Origin: Octopus vulgaris
Taxonomy: Eukaryota
Reading direction: 5' to 3'
NCBI GenBank assembly: GCA_951406725.2
Contig: OX597815.1
Coordinates: forward strand, 45,756,001-45,820,000
Length of the DNA: 64,000 nucleotides
Position 1 is the stretch's first letter, and every line of letters starts with the position of its first letter. This document shows positions 1-12,024 of the stretch, one piece after another. The position numbers and the translations under genes were made by a program. The notes beneath the pieces were generated by a model. The model saw only the letters and a list, made by a program, of their open reading frames with translations, searched no databases and was not told where the DNA came from.

Positions 1-1309
1 TATTCACTACTTAAAGTTTGTGCTTGAGAGAGAGAGAGAGAAGAATGAAGAACTTAGCTGTCTGCTAAAGGCTTGGGAGAGAAAAAAATGTAATAATCCG
101 CTTGTTGATGCCACTTCGTTTTGTTAACCCCCTCTTTTTTTTAACAACCTGCTTCTTTATTGACTACTGTGTTTTCTCCGACTTATGTTATTATGTTACA
201 ACTTGACTATTACTTACGGAACATTCGAAGTCTATATACAGAATAACAATTTGAAATCCCTGAATAAAATCATAGATAGTTAATGGATTTACAAAATCAA
301 ATAATCAAATTGTGTGTATACATATAATACATATACAAGTGTTACCTTTGTGTGTACTTAGAGTCGGAATTCCCTTGCTTGTCAATGTTAAGATTTTTGA
401 CAATCAAAGAAATGACTTTATATGCTTTACATTCAATCGAGCATTAAACATCGAAACGTTAGAACGTAATGTCTAAGAGAAATAATACAGAACACGAAAT
501 AAAATTGCCATTAGACAAGAAGTAATGTTTAGAATGTATTTCTATTAATTAAGGAAATGAATTTTAGATTTTAATTAATCATCGGTTAAATGATTTGTTT
601 ACCTTTTCTCGTCGAAAGACAATAACATCGATAGTTTTTTTTCTTGTTTCCCTCGTAATAACGATATTAATAATTGTTTTTAATAATTCTTTCTATCTGT
701 CATAGTAAAGAAATACCGTCTGCAATTATTAAAAGACCAAAGTCTTCATTCTTATAATTCTATAATACCTGATTTTTCAGCCTGTGTCAGTTGTCATCAG
801 TCTTTGTTGCTTAGCTATATTTCTCTTTCTTTGACTGCTGCCACCGATAGATCGTTAGAGATGGCCACAGCATTTGTTGTGGTGATTTCTTCATCATAAC
901 AGCTGTCTGTTATGAATATCAACAATGATTGATTAACTGGGGGGATGCTTATCGACAGCAAATCAATTCTATAGGAAAATGAAAATAATTTCCTTTAAAT
1001 ATTGAAACTGTATAGCAGCAGGTCACAAGACAGAGATATAATGTTCATAATTTAAAACTTGATGATGACATTTGAAAGTACTATTGTAAACAAATAAATG
1101 TGTGTATATTATGTTCGAAAGGATACGTTCTATTTTTTTCTCTCGCTCTCCTCTCATTCTATAATTAATCGCCTTCTGGATACGTCTAAGCTATTTATTA
1201 ATTTTCCCCTCAGTTTGGTCAGTTACATATATGAACTAAGAATGTTTACCGTAACCTGACATTATTCATTTCCGTTCCTATACACACCAGCGCATAGGTA
1301 TATACGTGC

Positions 1310-1310
<1 letters not shown>

Positions 1311-1347
<37 letters not shown>

Positions 1348-1477
1348 CACACACACACGTATACACACACACACACATATATATATATACGTTTTTTTTT
1401 TTTGATTTTCTGATATGCGTAACGCTTTATATTAACCTATATATCTATATATACATACACTATATCTACACACACAC

Positions 1478-1533
<56 letters not shown>
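1311..1533. repeat. Compound (AT)n/(AC)n microsatellite
   Basis: Long TA and CA runs visible directly. Confidence 0.95.
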
Positions 1534-1537
<4 letters not shown>

Positions 1538-1729
1538 GGTCCCGGGTTGATTCGGGGTTAACCACAGTAAATAAGGTACTCAATACATAGCAGAGTAAAA
1601 TTAATTTATTATATAGAAGGAGCTTCTACAGGACTAGAACTGTTTCATTCAAGAGAAATCTTCAGGAAGCTTCCTGAAGATTTCTCTTGAATGAAACAGT
1701 TCTAGTCCTGTAGAAGCTCCTTCTATATA

Positions 1730-1735
<6 letters not shown>
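1534..1735 (-). mobile_element. Penelope-like element 3' terminus with inverted duplication (132-bp perfect palindrome 1604-1735) inside (TA)n
   Basis: Zero-spacer palindrome centred on AAG|CTT (1669/1670). Each arm reads CTGAAGA...GAAAC...GTC followed by AATAAA. TA tracts on both sides. Confidence 0.6.
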
Positions 1736-1769
<34 letters not shown>

Positions 1770-1902
1770 CACATACGTATATGTGTGTGAGACAATAATG
1801 TAAAGTATCACTGGAAACCGAGGGGTTAATACAATTGACTACCCCCTGCCTCAAAATTCGAAGCTTTGTTCTTCCTTTGTTGGGTATGACGATGGTTTAA
1901 AT

Positions 1903-2238
1903 CAGTGGTTCTCAAGCAGCGTCCATATGGCCCCTGATGGTCCATATAAGATTTCTGGGGGTCCACTCAACAAAATAGTAAAATGAGAACCCACAATAGT
2001 ATTTTAAAGACCCCTGAAAAAAATTTTGATTTAGAATGTATTGTAAGAAATAGCTAGGTTTCTTCCTCTAACATTTTACATAGTTCAATTTACACGAGTT
2101 TATGTGTGAAAGACAAAACAGAAATTTCTTAAGAAGTTTTTGTAAAACTAGTTTTCAATCATCAAATGCTATAGGAGCCCACCAGAATAAAATAATAATC
2201 AAAGGGGTTCATAGATAAAAAATCGTTGAGAACCCCAG
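1903..2238. mobile_element. hAT (Charlie-like) MITE
   Basis: TIRs CAGTGGTTCTCAA / TTGAGAACCCCAG. 8-bp TSD GTTTAAAT at 1895-1902 and 2239-2246. No ORF. Confidence 0.85.
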
Positions 2239-2979
2239 GTTTAAATGAATAGATAAAAAAAAAATGCACCTCGTCTATAATGAGGTGGTATTTATACGAC
2301 AAAGTTACGTATTCTTAAAGAATTATGTTTCATCAGTTGTAACACGAAATTCCAATACAAATTATTGATATACTCTACGGTCCTTAAATCAAGGACGGTT
2401 TCCAGTAAGTTCCGTAGCCGAGATTTCCAATTAAAATATTCCGCCGGATACATATATAGGAAGTAGTAAAATCGAAACAAGGAAGATTAAGATTAAAGTA
2501 AGTCGGTGTCAAATAATAAAAGCGAGCCTCTACGTGATTGCTCGACCTGCTCGTTATAGTGACCAAACCTCACTGTAATCACACACTACTGCCTTAAGAA
2601 TGGTAAGACATGATGCATAATGTGGTTCTAGATATGGAATGTGTGGATAAAAAGACGGGATGCTTAGTTTAAGAACTATAGCTTACCTGGTTGTAAAAAC
2701 TGATATGCACATATATTCTAGAATAAGAGAACATTATTTTAGTTTCGAAAAATGATTGATTTCTACTGAAATAATTTGTAGAATACCCCCAACTCTTTGT
2801 CAACCCACTTTTGACATGTACATCAAAGGCAGTTAGCTGCTAGAGTACTTTCACTATGTGTGGATGCCTTGGAAATACCGACAAGTTGTTAATTTCACTC
2901 AGCCGTGATACTTTTACTATTCCTGTATTTCGGTGAAACACCAACTTAACTCTAACTGTTTATATATAAATATACATTT

Positions 2980-3118
2980 TTCTGTCTGTCTATCCATCCG
3001 TCCGGCTATCTGTCTGTCTGTCAGCCTGCCTGTCTTCCTGTCTGTCTGCCTGCCTTCCTGTCTGTCTGTCTGTCTGTCCGTCATCTATCCATCCATCTGT
3101 CTAAGTATCTATCTGTCC

Positions 3119-3170
<52 letters not shown>

Positions 3171-3245
3171 GTTTGGCTGGCTGTCTGTAAGTATCTATCC
3201 ATCTACACCCACCCACCCACACACACCCACACACACCCACACGCA
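2980..3245. repeat. (CTGT)n/(CTAT)n/(CCCA)n compound microsatellite
   Basis: Visible directly. Explains spurious ORF 2933-3190. Confidence 0.95.
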
Positions 3246-3871
3246 CATGCAAAGAAGTTATATTCTGTTAAGAATGTAGTAGAATACAGTATAAAGCTTG
3301 TCCACCTTTGGTTGCATAACCAAACACCTGCAAACCTGGAGAACTATGTTGCGTGGTGTATTTTATTCAGTTAAACTCTTTCAATTCAGTTTACCACAAG
3401 TAATTAACTATAAAATTGAATATTATCACCTGCAGATTTTCTTATTAGTAATATGATAAATAATATTGCTCTTGCAGTCAGAATTTTAAACGAATAAAGG
3501 CTATTGTTATAGCTATTATAATTTTAGATAAATGAAGGAAATATTGTTCTTATACAGCAAAGAAAATTTTTTTGGCCAGTACCCAATTACACTGACATCA
3601 ATCACAGTGATTTTATATTATAGAACAAGGAAATCTATGAAATAATTACAGAACACAACTAGACAAACTGAAAGCTAAAAGGTCTGGGAAATATGAGCAA
3701 AAGTGAAAGTTAATAAATAATTTATGGAAAGTCCCTTGAGAAAGTAAGAACTACTTTTGCGAAAGTCAAAACAGTAATAATCCTAGATCACCATTTAGTT
3801 TGAATGAACATTCCTTCAGATAATGTTTTAAGATCTGTAATGGATTATAATTCTAATTTCAAAATACATAG

Positions 3872-4000
3872 GGGCAGGCATGGCTGTGTAATAAGAAGTT
3901 TGCCTTCCAACCACATGGCATGTGTCTTCTGCTGGAGCCCTGGATTGACCAAAGACTAATGAGTGGATTTGGTGGATGGAAGCTGAAAGAAGTTCATTGT
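3872..4000 (+). mobile_element. tRNA-derived SINE fragment (family starting GGCATGGCTGTGTGGTAAGAAG, CORE/OR-like)
   Basis: Related copies at about 4130-4225(-), 12540-12695(-), 15757-15917(-), 26136-26262(+), 32435-32595(-), 52122-52555(-), 58000-58085(-). Confidence 0.65.
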
Positions 4001-4225
4001 ATCATTATCATCGTTATTATTGTCATCATCATCGTCATACATCTGTTTTCCAATTTGACATAGGTTGGATGTCTTGACAGGAGCTGGCAAGTCAAAGGAC
4101 TGCACTAAGCTCCACTATCTGTTTTGTCATAGTAGAAGACTCTTGCCCACAGAGCCACGCAGTGGTACTGAACCCAGAACCATGTGGTTGGGAAGTAAGC
4201 TTCTTACCACACAACCATACTTGCA

Positions 4226-4272
<47 letters not shown>

Positions 4273-5553
4273 GGCGCAATAGGTTAGATGTACTTTGAAG
4301 AAGTATTTATACAGCTATCTGTTCTTCCTAATAGTGATCATAAAACTCTTAATTGCAGGTGTTAACTGAGAGACCGCATAATGTCAGTGGCCAGATTTCA
4401 ACTCTTTTGCTCTAGTCCTAAATTCTTAAGCTGGGTGTGGTGGAATTCAGAATTCTGAGGGAAATTGTTTTTTGAAAAACAAATTTCAATATTATTTGTA
4501 ATGTTTTTGGTAGATTTATTTTCTTTAATGTTGATTTTTTTTTCAACCCTTTAACCTCAAAATTAAATTTCATGATTATTCCAATAATGATGTTAGATAT
4601 CAAACAAAAAATAGAATTGGTATTTTCTGCAAGTCATGTTGTCTCAATAAACCTGAAGTATCTAAACAAAAAATAGTTTCAAACATGACTTTCTGCAACA
4701 AAAGATAGACTGGTATATAAAGCTGTTTTCTGCTGTTAGGGATAATGAAATTTCGAGTGGATATATCTAATTTCTGCAGTAAATGAGTTAAGATTGTTAA
4801 TGTCATGCAATAAATTGTATTGTATACTAGACTGCATTATGTGGGAGGAAATTGAGATGGTAAATTGGTAAATGGTGGGATACAGAAACAATAAATAAAA
4901 GGATAAGAAACACTGCTCTAAGCCATTATACAACTCTTCCACATCTCTACCTGTAAAATGTGCCACCTATACTCTTAACAATTTCAAACTATTTTCTTAT
5001 GTTAAAAAAAAAAAGTAAAAGTATTTATAAGTGATCTAACATTTTGTAACTTGAATAGCAAACCACATTACTATTAGCAAGTTGGAGTTAAATCTGACTG
5101 TTTATGGTAAATGATACCTAAGATCAGGCAGCTTACTTCCTATATAACTATGTTTGCTTGTAACTTGTATGTGTTACTTGTGTGTGTGTGGTTTTTGCTT
5201 TTCTAGCAGACTTGATGCCATCCTATCTTTTGCCTAATCATTAATTTTCTCACCTGGTCTCCGTACTTACCTGGTGTATTACCATCCACAGAAACTGCTG
5301 TGTTGTAGGGAATCAAAGAGGGGGAGAGAGAAAGAGAAAGAGACTTCCACACAAGATTACTTATATCAAATTACACTTGCAAATAAAGCATGACAGCATG
5401 TATACCAGATCTATTTATATATGCTTTAGAGAATTGCAAATAAGCATGACAGGTATACCACATTTGTTTATATTTAACAGAATGGAGTGTATTTATGATA
5501 AGACAACAAACACAATTTGAAGTTGGATGTAAATGTGCATTCATATTAATTAA

Positions 5554-5775
5554 CCCCTTTGTTACCAACCCACCTGTGACTGCCACTGCTTCTATGATAC
5601 AAACTTCCTGTTTTTAAGTGATCAAAGTTAAAACCATCCATCAAAATTTCATGTTAACTTATATTCCAAACAGTATCTCCATAATAACAGATTTTTAAAA
5701 ATTAAAACTCTTCATTGATTTCAGCAGTAATTGAAACAAAAACTGTATTTCAGCAGAAATATGGTAACAAAAGCG
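5554..5775. mobile_element. TTAA-flanked piggyBac-type MITE, family B
   Basis: TTAA|CCCCTTTGTTACC ... GGTAACAAAAGCG|TTAA, 222 bp. Similar to 11419-11640. Confidence 0.75.
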
Positions 5776-6049
5776 TTAACAATGAATCAGTAAACCCAGC
5801 TTTATTGATTTAATTATTATTGAATCTTTATTAGCATCCCTTTATCATTTTCTATTCTTAATTTTAATTACGGCATTCAGTGTTAAAAAGAAGGCAAACT
5901 GATTTGAATAAGTTTATTAAAAATAACTAGATTATTAAGAAGCTACTTATGGAAATAATTTTTCTCAGTTTTTTTTTTTCATTTATCATATATTTTAGGA
6001 AAATTCTTTTTCATAGTGCATGATCAGTATGTTTCATATTTTTCTTTAA

Positions 6050-6269
6050 CCCTTTAGTGTTTAAACCGGCTATATCTGGCCTATATATTCTGCTCATTTT
6101 ATGCTCAAACTGGCCAGAACCAGTATCTCACACCTACCCTGCAATGTCATTCTAAAAATAAGCCATTACATCTTTCAAATTTTGAAGCTACAAGATAATA
6201 CCAGATTAATTTTTTAAAATGTAAATGAATAAAGATTACTATTGACATATTAATTTGAATGCTAAAGGG
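6050..6269. mobile_element. TTAA-flanked piggyBac-type MITE, family A
   Basis: TTAA|CCCTTTAG ... CTAAAGGG|TTAA, 220 bp. Further copies at about 11826-12395, 20820-21042, 45669-45900, 54121-54315. Confidence 0.8.
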
Positions 6270-6482
6270 TTAAATCATGTTAAAATCTGTTTTCACTTCA
6301 CACATATATATATATATATGTTTTAAATATTACTTCTGTTTATAAGAAAAGAAATGAATATCAATCAGATCAAGCCAGGAATCATTCAGTTTTCAATGTA
6401 AGATTGTGTTGTGTGATAAAATTGTACATTATTTTGATCCACTGATTTTTAACGCCCACATATACACATTTGAAGTATATAT

Positions 6483-6529
<47 letters not shown>

Positions 6530-6689
6530 TGCCAGCATGGAAGGTGGATGTTAAATGATGATGATGATATATATATATTGACAACATCCAACCTATACCA
6601 TCATGGAAGGTGGACATTAAATAATGATGATGATATATTTATATACATATATATATATAATTGTTTACTTTATACACACACACACACAG

Positions 6690-6890
6690 AGGAAGTTAAT
6701 TGTTGTGGCTGGTCATAGAGTGACTATTGGTTTCACACCTGTAAAATGCTTAGTCTTTCTGGTGACTAGTCAGACTCAAATGGCTGAAGATGTATGCACC
6801 TTCAGCCATTTGAGTCTGATGAGTTACTAAGTGCTTTATAGGTGTGAAACCAACGGTCACTCTATGACCAGCTATAATAATTAATTTCCT
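6690..6890. mobile_element. Fold-back Penelope-like terminus; each arm carries a damaged hammerhead motif
   Basis: Inverted arms of about 90-100 bp with a spacer of about 10 nt. Right arm: GAGT-CTGATGA...GAAACCAACGGTC-ACTC (6812-6862). Confidence 0.7.
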
Positions 6891-7014
6891 AAAAAAATAT
6901 ATTACTGCTCTTATTGTGCTTCTCTTTCGGATATATGAACTACTGACAATGTACACACGCACACATACAATTGTATATTTTACATTCACACACACATATA
7001 CATATATGTTATGA

Positions 7015-7620
7015 ATGTGTGGAAGAAGTAGACTCAGGAAAACCTGGGACGAGGTGGTGAAGCACGACCTTCGAACTTTAGGTCTCACCGAGGCAATGAC
7101 TAGTGACCAAGACCTTTGGAAATATGCTGTGCGTGAGAAGACCCGGTAGGACAATTGAGACCATAACCCGTGGCCTTTACCTGGGATGTAACTAGTCCAC
7201 TTATGCATACCTTTCCTTCTTGGGACACAAAACTCTGGTTGCGAAGACCTGTTGAGGCAAGTGAAATTAAAATTGATCAAAAATCAATTGAAATTGTAGT
7301 TGTGATACCAGTGCCGGTGGCATGTAAAAGAACCATCTGAATGTGGCTGTTGCCAGCACCACCTCGACTGGCCTCTGTGCCGGTGGCACGTAATAAGCAC
7401 CAACCAATCGTGGCCGTTACCAGCCTCGCCTGGCACCTGTGCTGGTGGCACATAAAAAGCACCCACTACACTCATGGAGTGGTTGGTGTTAGGAAGGGCA
7501 TCCAGCTGTAGAAACACTGCCAGATCAGACTGGGCCTGGTGCAACCTCCTGGCTTCCCAGACCCCAGTTGAACTGTCCAACCCATGCTAGCATGGAAAGT
7601 GGACATTAAACAATGACGAA
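7015..7620 (+). mobile_element. RTE-clade LINE 3' end (ORF C-terminus plus 3' UTR)
   Basis: Encodes GRSRLRKTWDEVVKHDLRTLGLTEAMTSDQDLWKY, near-identical to the copy at 61351-61590(-). Shares the 3' UTR ending in a GAT-like tail. Confidence 0.85.
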
Positions 7621-7621
7621 G

Positions 7622-7659
<38 letters not shown>

Positions 7660-7662
<3 letters not shown>

Positions 7663-8156
7663 GCAATGCAACACGAGAGCATCGCTTTCCAGTAAAGAAT
7701 AGCCCGTGAGGGAAAATTATACATAGAAGTAAATATATGGCACAACGAAGTACCGATATTTACTGGAAAATAGCGAACGTAATAAATACGACGCTAATGT
7801 ATAGCTTCATCGCGTATGTACTAGCAAAAATGCGTGTGTGCAACAAACTAGAAAAAAATTGTCTTACCTCCAGGGAGAACATCTGAAAGATGAAATACCT
7901 AGAAAGGGATAATGTGGGACCGGTTTCAGATTTTTCAAGATATGTCTGCACACTTATACTTGATTTATCTTCATCAGCCAACATATACCTCAACAGCATT
8001 TCAGATGTTGCCACAAATGCCAATACACTCGACTGAAATGCCATTTTTGCTAGTACATACGCGGTGAAGCTATACATTAGCGTTGTATTTATTACGTTCG
8101 CTATTTTCCAGTAAATATCAGTACTTCGTTGTGCCATATATTTACTTCTATGTATA
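7660..8156 (-). mobile_element. Penelope-like terminal fragment with about 115-bp inverted repeats, inside (TA)n
   Basis: Arms 7718-7832 and 8042-8156 are near-perfect reverse complements. A hammerhead motif lies in the spacer. Confidence 0.75.
7912..7984 (-). ncRNA. Type-I hammerhead ribozyme (PLE-type, minimal stem III)
   Basis: Minus strand: ATGTTGG-CTGATGA-AGAT..TCAAG..CTTGA..ATCT-GAAAC-CG-GTC^CCACAT. Core complete, stems I and II can form, palindromic ACCGGT at stem III. Confidence 0.8.
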
Positions 8157-8686
8157 TATATATATATATATAAAAAACATTCCTTCCCTCTACCTGTGTT
8201 CACTCACTGCAACTCTCCTCCCCTCCATTTCCCACTCCTCTATTGTACTCTTGTGAACTTAGCTACCCACTTACCCTCTCCAGTCCTCTGTAACACTTAT
8301 ACACCCCTCCCTGTAACATGCACCCCAATACTTCTCCACTTCTCTCTCCTTCCTGTACTCCCTTTTTTTCCAGTTGGAGTAGCTATGTAACTCCTCTACA
8401 GTAAGACATCTGTTTCTCTTCCTCTATCATACTTTAACATCACATCACCTTGTACAAAAGCATCTCCTTCAATTCTATTTCCCACCTCATTTGAGGTCAA
8501 GGTCTTGTCGTGCAAGTTACTTGGTGACCTCACTGGTGCAGTGCCTTATACAAAGCACCAGTACCCTTTGTAAAGTGGTTGGTATAAGGAAGGCACAGTC
8601 TTCTAGCTCACCAGCTGATGTCAAACTGTCCAACCTATGCCAGCATGGAAAATAAATGTTAACTGGTGTGGATGATAATGATGATG

Positions 8687-8719
<33 letters not shown>

Positions 8720-8745
8720 CACATACAAACACACACATACACACA

Positions 8746-9440
8746 CAGGGTGTGAAGGGTAAATTGTTGCTGTTTTATATTTTTAATTTCGTGCATGCGC
8801 CTTGTTTGTTTTTCATTTTGTTGACTACACAGTATAGTAGGGGCACTGTTTGTGAGAAAAATAGCACCATGACACAATTCACTCTGCCAGAAATTTGGAA
8901 GTGACATGCTGTACTGCTTGGCATTCATGCCGGAAGCTTCGACATGAACAGATGGTGAACAAATAGAACAACTATTAGCCTGCTGTGTTCCCAAAACATG
9001 TACCAAGAGTGATAAAAACCAAACATCCAGTCAACATCATGGTGTTTGGAATGATCACTAGTGATGGTGACGTTATGCCGCCATTCATCTTCCTACATGG
9101 CCTCAGACTCAACATGGAGGCCCTAACATCTGGCCATCTAACTCCCCAGACTGCCACCCCTTTGAGTATTATGTGTGAGGTGCAGTTGAGTGACAGAACA
9201 ACAAAACTCCTTGTAACACCAAAGATGAACACGAGGCAAGGATTACGGCAGCATTCACCAACTTAAACAAGAAGACTGACCAGAAGAGTTGCATGGTTGA
9301 AGCCAATGGTGATTTTGTTGAATAAATTTACTCTTTAGTATTTCAAGATATTTTTATGTAATGTTGGTAAATATATGTTAAAATGAGATGTCAATGTTAT
9401 TTTCATTTTTGCATAATTTAGACGACAATTTATTCACTGC

Positions 9441-9446
<6 letters not shown>
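8746..9446 (+). mobile_element. Internally deleted Tc1/mariner-superfamily DNA transposon
   Basis: Imperfect TIRs CAGGGTG..TAAATTGTTG / CGACAATTTA..CACCCTA in a TA context. Relic peptides TKHPVNIMVFGMITSDGDVMPPFIF and IWPSNSPDCHPFEYYV match the WPPNSPDxNPxDY motif. Confidence 0.8.
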
Positions 9447-9490
<44 letters not shown>

Positions 9491-9494
<4 letters not shown>

Positions 9495-10691
9495 GTTGTC
9501 TGGAAAGTTCTGAGTGTTTTTAAGCTAAATCTTTTAACACTTCATTGAACACACCTGAAACGTAGCACAGTTAAAACTTTGGCATTGCTTGAAATAGTAG
9601 TGCATCCTTTCTTTGTTCTTGACTAAAAATAGATTTATTTTTCATTCTGGTTACCCTTCATTGACATTTGAAATGGATAACCAAAAATTTCATATTCACG
9701 TATTGCTTTCCTTTTTTAACACAGAAGAAAATGTTGCGTGAATCAACTGTTTGAAGCTGAAGGGTTTAGCGTAGATGACAGTTGTTTTGGAAGACCTTCA
9801 AAATTGGATGAAGATGTTTTGAAAGCAAAAGTTAGAGAAAACTCAAATATCATGACTAGAGACCTTGTAGAGGAGGTGGAAGTTTCTAAAAGTACGGCTC
9901 ATGAACACCTAGGATACAATTCTTGCTATAATGTATGGGTCCCTCACAAAGTCTCAGAAAAGAATTGCTTGGACCAGTATTCCATTTGTGATATTCTTTT
10001 GAAATGGAATGAAAGCATGCCTCTTTTGAAACAACTTGTGACTGGAAATAAAAATTGGATTGTATACAAAAACGTAGTGCATAAAAGATCCTGGAGTTTG
10101 TATTAAGATTCCCTAAAACAGCAACCAAAGACAAATATCCATGCCAAAAAGGCTATGCTTTGTGTTTGGTGAGATCATAAAGACATTTATTATGAGCTTC
10201 TCCCACAAAGCCAGACCATTAATTCTGATGTGTGCTGTCATCAGCTGGATAATTTGAATTAAAAAAATCAAAGAATTGAGTTTGGAGATTGCCAATAGGA
10301 ATAAAGTAGTGGTCCAACAAGACAATGCCTGACCACGTGTGTCTTTGGCTACCCAAACAAAATTACATGAACTTGGCTGGGATCTCTTATTCCATCCACT
10401 ATATTCTCCTGATATTGCGCCATCTGACTGCCACTTGTTTTTGTCTCTACAGAACCCATTGCAAGGAAAACATTTAAAAATTTAGATGGAGTCAAAATGC
10501 ATCTTGATAACATTTTTTCTTCAAAACAACTCAGATTTTATGCTGATAGAATATTTAAATTGCTTGATAGATGAGCAAAGGTCATTAATAATAATGGAAA
10601 TTATTTCATTGAATAAAATTTATTGAAAGGTTAACTATTTATATTCATTTTTGCATATTAAAAAACACTCAGAATTTTCCGGACAACCTAA
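9491..10691 (+). mobile_element. Near full-length degenerate mariner element (D,D34D)
   Basis: 31-bp TIRs with 3 mismatches and TA flanks, 1.2 kb. Motifs GRP, WVPH, VTGNKNW (TGDEKW), QQDNA*PH and YSPDIAPSD are present with stops and frameshifts. Confidence 0.93.
9673..10614 (+). pseudogene. Mariner transposase pseudogene
   Basis: Includes ORF 9738-10106 and downstream frameshifted catalytic motifs. Boundaries approximate. Confidence 0.85.
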
Positions 10692-11418
10692 TATATATAA
10701 GACACAGATGTTAAGTAATGATAACAAAATGATGAGTGATTTAGATTTAAAAGAATGTGGCAATAAATATTTTCTATATCAACTAAAAACATAACATTTT
10801 ATTCTAATAAAAAAATATTTGATTATTTTTAGAGGTTGGAAGCAACGTTCTTGAATTGGATTCAATAATTTTTTGCTTCAATGTAAATTTTAGTAACTAT
10901 TTCACATTAGACCATTCCATAAATATTTCTATAAACATTTTTTAGCTTGCATTTGTTTTTTTTGTAAAGAAATTCTGATCCACATAGTAAGTTGGTTTTT
11001 CTGTTAATTTCTAAAGTTTGGCACTTTGTCAAAATAAAGTGAATACATAATTGTTTCAAGGTGTTTTATTAAAGGGGTTAATGAGTTATAATTTATAGTG
11101 TTTACATTCCCTCTGTTGTTATTGTTATATAAAGTTAAGTCAGTCCTGACAGAGTATGACTATTATCAAACGTGTTCCAGCTATGACCATCCCATCTTAT
11201 TCTAGAGTCCTGCACATTTGTGTCTACATAAGTCAATGTGTTCCCTTTTCAATAGTCAGATGTAATTTGATGGCAATTTGGCTATGATTTCTAGCAGGTT
11301 TTGCAACCAAACAATGGCTCTCGTATTGGATTTTAATCTTCGTGTGTGCATCTTGGATGTCTTCAAGTTCCTTTGGTCACCATCTTTCAGCTGAAATACA
11401 CTGCCTTTGTTTCATTAA

Positions 11419-11640
11419 CCCTTTCGTTACTGTATTTATTTTGAGATGCTCTATGTTTCTTTCAATCAATTTTAAATACAACCAAGAATTTAGTAAAATA
11501 ACTTAGTTATCATTCAGCTAGTGTTAGGGACATTAATTGTGACTAAGGTTTGGTGGAAGATTTTAATTCAAAACTTATGAAAACAAGACATTTGTACTTC
11601 AGAGCCAGAGGCGGTTTTGGCCGGGTTGGTAACGAAAGGG
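11419..11640. mobile_element. TTAA-flanked piggyBac-type MITE, family B
   Basis: TTAA|CCCTTTCGTTAC ... GTAACGAAAGGG|TTAA with perfect 12-bp TIRs. Confidence 0.88.
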
Positions 11641-12024
11641 TTAAAGTTTGAAAATAATGATGAATTTAGTAAAATAACTTTGCCATTATTAAGCTGGTGT
11701 TTAGAACATAAATTAACATGATAGTCAAGCAATTATTATTCATTTTAACGTCCCCTTTTTTCATACTTACATGGGTCAGACAGAATTGAGTGAGGCAGAT
11801 TTTCTTTCTTGTCACCAACCCTTAACCCTTTAGCGTTTAAAGCATCCATATCTGGCTAAAATATTCTACTTGTTTTATGTTCAAACTGGCTAGATCTGTC
11901 CTTTCACACCTATCTAACAGTGTCATTTTAAAAATAAATAATCAGATCATTGAAATTTCAAAGTTACAAGATAATGCATGATTAATTGAAAATATTGTGA
12001 ATAAATAAGCATTATCTTTAACAG

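Noticed and set aside
5264-5300. TACTTACCTGG matches the 5' end of U1 snRNA
   Set aside because: The downstream sequence does not follow U1 (no stem-loops or Sm site). It is better read as a minus-strand splice donor.
7760-8203. 147-aa minus-strand ORF
   Set aside because: It runs through a TA microsatellite and an inverted repeat and has no recognisable domain.
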